64,000 bases of DNA from the human T2T-CHM13v2.0 reference genome, Homo sapiens (GCF_009914755.1 NC_060938.1), one strand, 5' to 3'. Shown: positions 43,687-56,035, counted from the stretch's first letter. Numbers and translations are program-made. The notes: generated from the letters alone by a model not told the origin.

Positions 43687-44235
43687 TGTGGTAAGCAGAA
43701 TTATAAAGATGAATTCCCATCTCCCTGTCAGATTACCAGTATGGTAAATTACCAGATTACCTGGTTATTTATTCAAACACTAATACAGTTATTGCCTTGA
43801 TGGAAACATACAGATACAATTAAAATCCCAAGTACCAAATAAATTGACCTTAAGACAAAGACTAAGTAAATCACATGAGCCCTCTACAAGCAGAGAGTTT
43901 TTCTCCAGCTGGTAGCAGAAGCCAGAGATTTGAAGCATAGGAAGTATTCAACACATTATTGCTGGCCTGAAAATGGAAGGGGCCACATAACGAGGGAAAC
44001 CGGTGGCCTCTAGAAGCAGGGAGCAGTCCCCTGCTGACAGACAGCAAGCCAAGACCTCAGTTCTACAATTGCAAGACACTCAATTCTGCTAAGGACAAAA
44101 ATGAGCTTGGAAGTGAACTCTGAGCTTCAGGTGAGAACACGGCCAAACAACACCTTGATTTCAGCTTAAACAAAGAATGCAGCCACTCCATGCCAGAATT
44201 CTGACCTGTAGAAATTTGAGCTAATAAATAGATGT
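43687..44235 (+). mobile_element. MLT1E-like LTR, 3' end cut by the adjacent L1
   Basis: tgtggtaagcagaattataaagatg...ttctgacctgtagaaatttgagctaataaat. Confidence 0.82.
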
Positions 44236-45660
44236 TTTAATAGCTTCATCGATACATACTTCACTTACTGTAAAATTCATTATTTTAAAGTGTACAATTC
44301 AGTGGTTTTCAGTATATCCACAAAATGCAACCATCACCACTATCTGATTTCAGGATTTCTTTTTCTTTTCTTTTTTTTTTAATCCCATAAAGAAAATCCA
44401 AACCAATTAGCAGTCTTTCTTCCTTCTCCCTGCTCCCAGCCCGTGAAAACCACTAAATTACTGTCTGTTTCCATGGATATGCCTATTCTGGATATTTTAT
44501 ATAAACCAAATCATGCAATATGTGGCCTTTTGTATTTGGCTGCTTGCACTTAGCATAATGTTTTCAAAATCCATCCATGTTGTAGCATTTCTCAGTATTT
44601 CATTCCTTGTATAGCTGAATAATATACCACACAAATATATCACATTTTGTTTGTCCATTCATCATTTAATAGATGCTTAGGTTTTTCCATTTTTTAAGTA
44701 TTATAAATAATATGGCTTTTAATATTTGTGTACAAGTTTTTCTGTAGGCACAGGTTTTCATTTCTCATGGATATAAACCTAGAGTGAAATTGCTGGGTCA
44801 AATAGTGGCTCTATGTTTAACAATTTGAGGAACAGCCAAACTGTTTTTTGAAATGGCTGCATTATTTTACAATTCTGTCAACAATGTATGAGGGTTCCAA
44901 TTTCCTGACGTCCTTGTCAACACTTGTTAATGTCTGCTTTTGTATTTTAGGCACCCTAGTGGGTATGTCATAATATTGCATTGTGATTTTGATTTGCATT
45001 TCCCTAATGGCTAATGTTGTACATCTTTTATATGTGCTTATTGGCCATTTGTTTATGTTCTTTAGAGAAATGTTCTGTTCAAACACTTTGCCCAAGTTTT
45101 AACTGGACTAATTATCTTTTTATTGTTGCGCTGCAAGAATTCTACATGTATTCTGGAGTAGTTGTTTATCCGAAATACAATTTGCAAATATTTTCTGTCA
45201 CTGTATAGGTTGTCTTTTTACTTTCTTGATAGTGTTCTTTGAAGCAAAAAAGTTTTTTTATTTTCTTGAACCCCAGTTGATCTATTGTTTCTTCTTTTTC
45301 TGCTTGTACTTTCGGTTTTATAGCTAAGAAGCCATTGCTTAAATCAAGTTCACAAAGATTTACACCTCTGTTTTCTCCTAAGAGATTTACAGCTTTCTTT
45401 TTTTTTTTTTTTTCTTTTTTGCTAGAGAAAGGATCTCACTGTTGGCCAGGCTGTTCTCAAACTCCTGGGCTCAAATGATCCTCTTGCCTCAGCCTCCCAA
45501 AGTGCTGGGATTACAGGCATGAGCCACCACGCCCATCCAAGTTTTACAGCTTTAGATGTTGCATTTAGATCTTTGATCCATTTTGACTTAATTTTTATAT
45601 ATGGTGTGAGATAGAGGTTCGGCTTTATTCTTTTGCCTGTAGATATCCAGTTGTTTCAAG
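44236..45660 (-). mobile_element. L1MB-type 3' portion
   Basis: ttttaaagtgtacaattcagtgg 3' end. ORF2 remnant 44862..45095 (IREMQIKITM). Confidence 0.9.
45397..45538 (-). mobile_element. FLAM-like Alu monomer
   Basis: Poly(T) plus the left arm only. TSD tttacagcttt on both sides. Confidence 0.9.
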
Positions 45661-46458
45661 CCACAGTGAGATACCACTTCACACCTACTAGGATGGCTAC
45701 AATAAAAAAAAGACAATAACAAATATTGATGAGAATTTGGAGAAATTTGAATCCTTCAATTTGCTAATAAGATGTAAATTAGAGGAACCACTTTAGAAAA
45801 CATTTTGGCAGCTCCTCAAAATGGGTATATACCTGTAATTTTATGTTTAAAACATAACTGTAATTTTATGTTTAAAATTACTGTTTGACTCAACAATTCC
45901 ACTCCTAGGTATATACCAAAGAGAAATGTAAACAAAGGTTTACACAGAAACTTGTATAAAAATGTTAATAGCAGCATTATTTATAATAGCCAAAAAGTGG
46001 AAACAAGCTAAATATTCTTCGACTGACGAATGGATAAAGAAAATGTGGTATATCTATATGATGGACTATCACTCTACCATTCAAAGAAACAAAATACTGA
46101 ATTATGCTACAGTATGGATGAATTTAAAAACATTATGCTAAGTGAAAGAAGCCAGACACAAAAGTCCACATATTGTGTGATTCCATTTATATGAAATGTT
46201 CAGAAAAGGCAAATCTATAGAGACAGAAAGCAAATTCGTGATTGCCTAGCGTGGGGTGCAGAAAAAAGTGGGGATTGGAGGGTGATAACTCAGGGGTGCA
46301 GGGTTTCTTTGGGGGGTGATGAAAATGTTCTAAAATTAATTATGGTGATTATGGTTACACAGCGTTATGAATATACTAAAGACCATTAAATTATATACTT
46401 AAAATGATTGTATTATGTGGTATATGAATTATAATTCAATAGAATAGTAGTAAAAAAA
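45661..46458 (+). mobile_element. L1MB-type 3' portion
   Basis: ccacagtgagataccacttcacacctactagg...cattatgctaagtgaaagaagccagac... Confidence 0.9.
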
Positions 46459-46871
46459 CAGGTGATGGAAAGCATTTGCCTGCAGTCTATACTTTTTCTA
46501 CTCCTGGTATAGGAGAACAAGAACAAAGAAGTCACTCAGATTGTTTTAATTGCCTTTGTACTAAGGAGAAAAATAAGACCTATGTCAGGCACATGGGTAG
46601 ATGGTTCCTCATAAAGGCTTAAGACAAAACCCAAGTAAATAAAAATGAGTTTGTATTTTTCTGATGAACTTTTTTGTATATGTTTTATGTGAACTCATGT
46701 GAGGCAGAGGCAGAGAGTCACTATACATGATTTCTAGATACTGGCCATAAAACTTTCTTTCTCATCATTGCTAATAGGAGAATCAGAGAGCATATAGTTA
46801 CAACTAGTTTTTTAATTCAATCTGGCAATCTCTGTAGTTTAATTGAAGTTTTTCATAAAATTTATACTTAA

Positions 46872-47150
<279 letters not shown>

Positions 47151-48968
47151 TTATAGTTAATGTAATTTTTAACATTCTTTTGTTTTAAACCACATATTTT
47201 CATCTAGTTATTTATCCTTTCTATTATTCTTGTGTTTTAAACCCCCATATTTCCACCTAGTTTTTGTTTAATCTCTATTTTTTCTTCCATTTGCCTCTTT
47301 TTCTGCCTTCATTTGGATGATTATTTTATATTTGATATTAGCTTATTAATGACTATGCTTTCTATTATTTTAAGTGGTTGTTCTAGGTCTTAAAATACAT
47401 ATATTTGACTTAACATAGTCTATCTCCAAATATTACTTTAACCGCTTCACGTATATTGTAACAACTTTACAAGGGTATAATTCCATTTTCTTTCTCCTGT
47501 CCTTTATCCTAATATGTATACTTCTATAGGTGTTATAAATTCCACAACACATTGTTATTATTGTTGTTTCAAGCAGTGAATTTTTTAAAAAAAATTTAAA
47601 ATTAGGACAAAAGTCTGTTATATTTAACCAGTATATTTACCTGTTCCAACATTCTTCAATTCTTTGCATAGAGCCAAATTTCTTCCATTATTTTCCTCCT
47701 GCCAAAGACCTTTTCATAGCCTTCTTACATTGGAAGCCTGCTGGTAATGAATTCTTCAAGCTCCACTTTTATATTAAAAAATTCCTTTTTAAAATCATTT
47801 TTATATTATTACATGTTATTGAATTATCATTTAACAGTATTTTGTTTGTTTTTGTTTTGTTCCCTCCACCCCTTTCTCATGAAGTAAAAATGTTTCTCAA
47901 TTTTCTTTTGATTTACATAGTTTCTGATTTAAAGTCTGGCATCAGTCTTATCTGGTTTGTAATGTTTATTTTTCTCTGGCGGCTTATAAAATTCCCTTTA
48001 TCACTGATTTTCATCAATTTGATTACAACATGGTGGTTCTTTTATACTTATTCTGTTTGGGATTCATTTATCTTTTTGGATTGCTTTATAAATTTCATCT
48101 CTTACGGAAAATGTTCATTTACTATTTCATCTCTTTTTTTGTTTTGTTTTTTCCACCCTGGGACTCCAATGACATATATTTTAGACCATTTAGTGCTTTT
48201 ATACAGAAAAACGATGCTCTGTTTATTCTGTTTTAAGTATTTTTTTCTCATTATGCTTCTTTTTGGATAATTCCTATTGCTATACCTTTGGGTTCACTTA
48301 TTTTTTATGGTATCTAATCTGCTGTTAATCTCATCCAGAGTCTTTTTTATTTCTATTACATTTTTCATCACTAGAAACTCTATTTGAATCTTCTTATAAC
48401 TTCCATTTCTCTCCTCATTGTGGTTATGCTTTACTCATTTTTCTTAAATCAATGAATGGGGCATGTTTATAAGCTGGTTTAATTTTTTATTAATTTCATG
48501 TTTTATATCATTTCTGGGTCTGTTTTACAGACTAGGTTTTTTCGCTTGCTATGGACCTGATTTTCCGAAAATACTTGGTAATTTTTGATTAGTTGATCTA
48601 CATAAATATTAGGTTTTGAGGTGTGATATTTTGTTTTATTGCTTAATATTATATTGGACCTTATTCTGGTTTGCACTTATTTTAAATCAATTTGATCTTT
48701 TTCAGACTTGCTATCATACTATGTTAAGGTTGATCCAGAGTAGCCACTATTTTAGAGCTAATTCAGCCCACTATTAATATTACACCCTTCTGAGGATTCT
48801 ATCCAATGTCCCATGTATTATGATATCTTCCCATTCTCAGTGATAGCAACGTAAGCTTTTCTTCGCCATGTATGAATTCTAGAAATTGGTTACATTAGTG
48901 TTTTCTGGTGTTGTTTTCCTTGACCTAGGGTAATTTCCTCTGCACTTACGTGCAGATTAATAACCAAA

Positions 48969-49341
<373 letters not shown>

Positions 49342-49916
49342 CTAGCCTCATTGGATTCCCAAATTCTTGGCCCTGTGTCCTTCACTCAGCAAGACAACCA
49401 GGATTTGGGTTTGAGTTCCTCCATCCTGTGCTGCAATCTAGAAACTGTATCTAGAAATTAAACTGAAATGATTATAGGGCTCACTTTATTTGTTTTTTTT
49501 TTCTTGGAAGTTCGAGTCCAGTGCTGCCTCTTTCCCATTGTCATAAATTATTGTATTACAGAGTTTGTCTTCATTTTTAGTTGCTTGAAGTGGTAGGGTA
49601 AATTAAATCTCTTATCCCATCATGACTGGAAGCAGGAGTCCAGTTTTGCCTGTTTTTGAACTTTACAGAAATGGATCTTTGCAGTATGTTTTCTTTTGCC
49701 TCTGGCTTTTCTTGCTAAACATGACGTTTGTGAGTGCTGACCATGTTGTTTCAGGCAGCATTAGTCCATTCATTTTTACTGCTGTTCTTTATTCACAGTT
49801 CAACAAATATTAATTCATCTTTTGCTATGTGTGCTAAGAACTGTGTCAAGTTCTAAGGATACAAGTTTTACCAAGATAGGCGTAATTCTCACTCTCAAGA
49901 AATGTATAATCTAGTG

Positions 49917-50491
49917 CAGGATTCAGCAATCTATAGCTCATGGGCCAAATGCAGCCTGCTACCTGTTTATTCAGTAAGGTTTTATGGGAACACAGCCACA
50001 GCCATTCATTTATGTATTGTCTATGGCTGCTTTCATGCTACAGTGACAGAATTGAATAGTTGTGACAGGAACAATATGGCTCACAAAATCAAATATATTT
50101 ACTTTCTGGCTGTTTAAAGAAAAAGTTTGCTACCTGTATTAGTCTGTTTTCATGCTGCTCGTAAAGACATCCTTGAGACTGGGCAATTTACAAAAGAAAG
50201 AGGTTTATTGCACTTGCAGTTCCACGTGGCTGGGGAAGCCACACAATCATGGTGCAAGGTGAAAGACATATCTCACATGGCAGCAGATAAGAGAAGAGAG
50301 CTTGTGCAGGGAAAGTCCCATTTTTAATATAACCATCAGATCTCGTGAGACTTATTCACTATCACAAGAACAGCACAGGAAAGCCCTCCCTGAATGATTC
50401 AATTACCTCCCACCGGGTCTTTCCCACAACACATGGGAATTCAAGATGAGATTTGGCAGGGGACATAGCCAAACCATATCACTACCCCTTA
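49917..50491. mobile_element. MER58A-like hAT MITE interrupted near its end by THE1B
   Basis: cagg...gggccaaatgcagcc...gaacacagccac...gaaaaagtttgct[THE1B]acccct. Confidence 0.85.
50135..50481 (-). mobile_element. THE1B-like solo LTR
   Basis: tgtattagtctgttttcatgctgct...agccaaaccatatca. Perfect TSD ctacc at 50130-50134 and 50482-50486. Confidence 0.95.
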
Positions 50492-50749
50492 TCTAATAAA
50501 TAATATTAGTAACTTCTTGCTATAATAGAGTACAAATGTGGACAGACACTGTGGCTTAGAAAGAATAAATTACTTACTTAAAATTCTTGTAACTTAAACC
50601 TAGATCTGTCCAGCAGTGTGCTGGTAACTGTTCTCTAAAAAAATTATGTATATTATACATTGTATCTTTATTATAAATTATAAAAGATATGTATACCACA
50701 ATTTATAAATAATAAATAAAAGCATAATATTCTTTTTAACAGCTTTATA

Positions 50750-53463
50750 CAGCACTTCTTTTGCTGTATCCCATAGGTTTTTGCAAGTTGTGTTTTGATT
50801 TCAAGAAATCATTTGTTTCTTTTGTTTCATTTGTTTCAAGAAATTTGTTTATTTCTTCCTTAGTTTCTTCCTTGACCCGAAGGATATTCAGGAGCATGTT
50901 GTTTACTTTCTATATATTTGTACAGTTTCCAAAGTTCCTCTTGTTTTTGTTTTCTAGTTTTATCCCACTGGGGTCTGAAAAGATATTTGATATAATTTCA
51001 AGTTTTAAAATTTGTTGAGACTTGTTTTGTATCCTAACATATGGTCTATTCTGGAGAATGTTCCATGTGCTGATGAGAAGAATGTGTATTCTATAGCTGT
51101 TAGATGAAATGTTCTGTAAATATCTATTAGGTCCATTTGGTCTAATGTGCACCCTAAATCAACCATTTCTTTGTTAATATTCTGTCTACATGATTTGTCT
51201 AATGCTGAAGACGGGTTGTTGAAATTGCCAACAGTTATTGTATGGGAGTCTTTCTTTTTCTTTGGCCTACTGTATCTGAATGTCTAAATCTCCTGCTAGA
51301 CTTGAGAAGTTTTCATCTGTTATTTCGTTATGTAGTATTCCTAACCTTTTAGTTTCCACTTCAGCCTCCGGGTCACCAAAAATTTGAATCTTTGTTTGCT
51401 TTATGGTGTCCCATATGTCACATAGGGTTTGCTTGTTATTTTTTAATCTTTTTTATTGTTTTTGTCTGACTGGGTTATTACAAAAGATCTGTCTTCAAGT
51501 TCTGAGGTCCATTCTTCTGTCTGATCTAGTCCATTGTTGAAGCCTTTGAGAGTACTTTTATTTTATTCAATACATTCTTTAGTTCCAGCATTTGTTTGGT
51601 TCTTTTTTGATGTCTATCTCATTGACAAACTTCTCATTCATATCCTGAATTATTTTTCTGATTTCTTGGTATTATTCTTTAGTATTTTGTTGTATCTCAC
51701 TGAGATTCTTTAGTATCTATTTTGAATTATTTATTTTTCTGGGATTTTATACATTTATTTTTTATTGGGATCTTTTACTGGAGAATAATTGTGCTCCTTT
51801 GGAGGTGTCATATTTCCTCGCTTTTTCATGTTTCCTGTGTCCTTACATTGATATCTACACATGTTGTGTAACAGTCCCTTCTAATTTTTGAATTTGCTTT
51901 CATAGAGAAGAACATTTTCCTGGAGATGTATCTATGGTACTGGTTGGGTAGGACCCTTTGGCTTTGATTCTGAGTGTGTACAGTAGTGCAGATTTGTTTG
52001 ATTTCTTCAGCTATTTATATTTATTAGCAGTGGCTGATATTTCCTTGGTAACTTAGGGTACACTTGTTAGTAGAGGCTGTAGTGAAATTTTGTTGGGGAC
52101 TGGGATGCCAGGTCAGATAGTCTTTGAGCTTCATTAGTGGCAACAGTGGACTAAGCATGGCTATCTTTGGGACCCAGGGTGGCATACACTAGCAATGATG
52201 TTAGTGGTTCCAAGCAGGCCCATTCTTGGATCTCCAGGTGTCTTGTTCAGGTGCCAGCAATGGCAGTGGTGGGCCAAGTGTTGGGTGGTTTATCAAGCCC
52301 CTGGGCAGTGGATATAGCATGGGAAATGGCAGTAGCAGTGGTGGTACAACCCTCTGGGACCAAACCAGTCTGTGCCATTGTTGTGATGGCTGCAACAGAC
52401 TGGGCAGGCCAGTCCCCAAACACACAGGTAGTGTATGTGCGTGGGTGTCAGCTGTGGTGGTAGTGGCAGTTTGAGTGGGCACAACTTCAGAGCCCCCCAC
52501 CCCACCCAGGAGGAGTGCTCAGGTGTCAGCAGTATTGGACTGAGATGGGTAATCCCGAGGCCCTTGTATGGCATATTTGAGTATGAGAGGGTGGGGGAAC
52601 TGGGCTGGGTTGACCTGCCCTCAGACCCCTATGCAGCTTGCAGGTGCTGGTTGTCATAAGCAAGGGTGGGGTGATGCCCAGGCCCCTGGTGGAATGCTCA
52701 GGTTGGGGTATCAGCAGCTTGCCATAGCCCTGCTACTGGGGAGGGTGGTTTGCTTTCAGTGGGAGCAGCTGCAGGCAGGTGGCAGAAGGGTCCATGCTTA
52801 TTTTGCATCCTGGCCATGCGGCAGCCCCCAGTCGCAGTGGTTGCAGGCAGTGGAATTTGGGGCATATGAAAATATGCAGCCATTCCTCTGCTTGGGGGTG
52901 GAGTGAGGTTCCTGCCAGTGCTCCCCACCCCTTGGCAGTGGTAACTGCAGGTGGGGAATGTCAGCGGGGCTCTAGGAATGTGGAGATGCAGAAGTTGTTG
53001 AGCCCTAAAGCAAGACACAGTCTACTGGGGGCCAGGCTCTCGAAATGGCATGGTGCTGCAGCTGCTTAGGACCCAGTGTGAGCTCTCTCTCTCTTCGAAG
53101 CAATGCCTTCACATGGACTGTAAGTAGCTCACTATGTTAGCCTCAGGGCCTGCAAGGGCCAAGAGGCTATCCCGTGGCTAGGATTGTAGAAGTCTACACT
53201 GGGGATGTGGGCCTGTGGGAGTCTCTTATTTACCCTTTCCCCACATGAGGGAGCCTTTTCAGACTCCCAGCAGATCCTGGCTGAACAGACTGCCTCGCTT
53301 TTCTCTCCTTCCTTGCTTTCATCACTTCCCATCAATTATCTGTTTAATTCCAGTGTTCTCCCTTAGATTATCTATTCAAAGTGTGATTATCTACTTGCTA
53401 TTTTGGTTCGTGTCCATGGAAGAGGCGAGTATCAGATGCATCTAATCAGCCATCTTGAAGCCC
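50750..53463 (-). mobile_element. L1 (L1MA/L1M2-type) 5' UTR, partial ORF1 and partial ORF2 endonuclease; internally deleted and 3'-truncated
   Basis: Endonuclease sequence (catatggtctattctggagaatgttccatgtgctgatgagaagaatgtg). GC-richer 5' UTR ends ctaatcagccatcttgaagcccc. Confidence 0.88.
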
Positions 53464-53493
53464 CTCTTTCTTTATCACTGTTTAAGTCTAGAC

Positions 53494-53853
53494 CAGGGAT
53501 CAGTAAACTTTTCCCTAAAGGGACAAATAGGAGATATTTTGGGCTTGTGGGCCAGTTTACTGAATAAGGTTTTACTGGAACACAACCATAATCATTCATT
53601 TGTGTATTATCTGTGGTCTCTGTTGTAACCACTCAACTTTCCCACTGTAACATGGCAGTAACCAAAAACAATAAACAACGTATAGTTATTTAACATAACA
53701 TAAACAATAAATAAATAATACAACATAATAAATAAATAACATAACATAACATAAACAATAAATAAATAAAAGGAAGTGGCTGTGTTCCAGTAAGTAAGAC
53801 TTAATTTACAAGAACAGGTGGCAGGTCTGCAGGCTACAGTTTGCCAATCCCTG
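53494..53853. mobile_element. MER58B-like hAT MITE
   Basis: TIRs cagggatcagtaaact / agtttgccaatccctg. Perfect TSD gtctagac at 53486-53493 and 53854-53861. Confidence 0.9.
53665..53771 (+). repeat. AT-rich low-complexity repeat (AACAT/AATA units) inside MER58B
   Basis: taacataacataaacaataaataaataa occurs twice. Confidence 0.85.
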
Positions 53854-54399
53854 GTCTAGACAATCAACAAAACAAACCAAGACCTAACTTTTAATGTTTA
53901 CCAGTTTCTGGGGTGTAAATACTCCCACCAATGCTACAAGGATTTCAAACTATCAACATGACATCACTGAAAGCAGAATTATCAAGAGAGGCACAGTAGC
54001 AAACCATTATATGGCATTCCCATCATAGTTATATGAGGATATAAATAACTTCAACAAAAAAAATAATAGAAAATTGAGATAAAATAACTAGGAAGCAATA
54101 CGTTTATAGTATTTCTGACTTTTGTTTTTAATGTAATTTATTTAATTATAAGTTTATATAGTTTAATTTTTCTAATGCTGTGTTTAACAACTAACTCTCA
54201 AAGTTCCTGAAAATTTAACAATCAGCTCTAGTAGCTGATACAGAACAGCACTAGCACATTACTGGATCTGTCTGATTCCACAAACTGAGGTTTTAACTAC
54301 TGATGTAACTAAGAGCTAAAACACGAGAAAAAAAAGTTCAAAAGGTCACATAAGGCTTCAATCCTGCCTTTTCCCTCCTCATACAAGACCTGACTCCAT

Positions 54400-54830
54400 C
54401 AGTGATTCTCCCTCCGTCCCTGGACTGTTTTGCATTGCTGGTTCCTCCTTCCCTGGTTTCTCACCCTCTACCCATGCACATTTTCAAAGCTACCCCACAC
54501 TAGAACATTTCCCTAATATATCTTAAATTCAATCTTCCCTCTCCATTTCTACCAACACTAATCTAGATAGAGTCTTCATCTTGTTCCAAAATTATTTCAG
54601 TGAGATCTCAATTGATATTAGGTTTCAGCTCTCTAATCCATCTTCCATACTGCACTACTGCCTTCTGAATTTATTCTATTCCTTGATTGTTAAGCCACCT
54701 GCTTTAAAAACAAACAAACAAAACAAAAAATGAAACCTTCAAGCTCCCCAATGTCTATGATGTTGATTCGCTATTCTCTACCCTGGCATTCAGAGTCCTT
54801 CAGGATGTGGTTCCAATCACCTTTACCGTG
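54400..54830 (+). mobile_element. L2 fragment
   Basis: ctctaatccatcttccatactgc...ctggcattcagagtccttcagg. Confidence 0.6.
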
Positions 54831-55389
54831 ATAATTTTTGAAACTTAATTTCAAGCCAGATCCACCAAACAGTCTAAGGCAGGTGAGCCTCTCTATTCCA
54901 CAAGATCCCAAGGGGACGCAGGTATCCTCCATCTTGTTGCTCAGTCATCTTCTAAGGATATGATCAAAGATTTTCTATGATCCAAAATTGTTTGCTACCA
55001 TGTCTGCCTTCCAACTGACGAGAAGGAGAAAATGGGGACATAGAGAACAAGTAATTTCCTTTAATGGAGGTGACACAGAAATTGTATATATTCCTTTTGT
55101 TCACATTGTATTGGGGAGATCTTATTCACATGGTCACGTCTAATTTCAAGTGAAGCTGAGAAATACAGCCTCCATCTGTGCATGCATTGTTCTTCCAAAA
55201 TTCAAGGATGGGAGAGTGGCATGGTATTCTATTAATGAAAGGAAGATAAAATAATCAAGTATTGAAAGTATAGTACTTAAGATATGAAATCCATGGAATA
55301 TAAAGACATCTATCTTCCTGCATCATTATTGATGATCTTTGTTCTATATCTTCATTGAGCTAATAAACTTTTTGATTGGAGAGAGAAGA

Positions 55390-56030
55390 CATGCCCTCTC
55401 TCCTTTCAATTTCCACTTCTAATTCCCTAGTCCACACCCTGGGCACTCATACCAGGAAGATTGCAATTGCCTTCCGATTTGGGTGTGTGAGGTTGGTGCA
55501 CAAGTAATTGCAGTTTGCGGTTTTTGCCATACTTTTAAGGTCAAAAACTGCAATAGCTTTTGCACCGACCTAATAACACCACTTCTTACTCTCTTCATCT
55601 CACCCTGTATGCGATCTGGTCAATATTCCTAAAACCCAACTTTCATAATATCACTTCCATGTTCAAATACTTTAACATCTCCCTATACTACAATAAACCA
55701 CAAATGTCTTAGCTGGGCATTCAAAGTCCTCAACAGTGAAGCTCCTTTCCAATCTCGTCTCCCACTTCACGCATTTTGATTCCAACTAGTCCTTGACCAT
55801 AAATACATCTTTGGAATTGGGGCCACCTTCCTTCTGATCATCTCCTTGCTTGGAATAGAGTACTCTGCAGCCAAAGAATCCTCCCCATCCTTCTAGATCA
55901 AAGCTTTATTCAAGCTTCTCATCTTACCTTGCCTATCTATAAGGATCTCTCTAGCTCTGACTTCCTGTCATTTGATCCCTACCATTATCTGTGCTATGCA
56001 TGGAAAAATTAGCTTGGACTATTAACTGTA
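55390..56030 (+). mobile_element. L2 fragment, host of MADE1
   Basis: ttgcaattgccttcc...atatcacttccatgttcaaa...gggcattcaaagtcctc. Confidence 0.6.
55488..55573. mobile_element. MADE1 (Hsmar1-derived mariner MITE)
   Basis: Near-palindromic aggttggtgcacaagtaattgc...gcaatagcttttgcaccgacctaa. Confidence 0.93.
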
Positions 56031-56035
56031 TCAAC

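Larger units (their letters stand above)
50611..54264 (-). mobile_element. MER63-like hAT DNA transposon, interrupted by an L1 and MER58B
   Basis: Termini cagcagtgtgctgg / ctagcacattactg. Perfect 8-bp TSD gatctgtc at 50603-50610 and 54265-54272. Internal gtgtaaatactcccacc and ttcctgaaaatttaacaatcagctct. Confidence 0.85.

Noticed and set aside
44236-46458. Twin-priming L1 inversion
   Set aside because: Both halves contain the same 3' region, whereas twin priming gives adjacent, essentially non-overlapping segments.
51255-51290. Spliced-L1 origin for the ORF1-ORF2 deletion
   Set aside because: From my recollection of the consensus, no GT donor follows cagatacag, so a genomic deletion is simpler.
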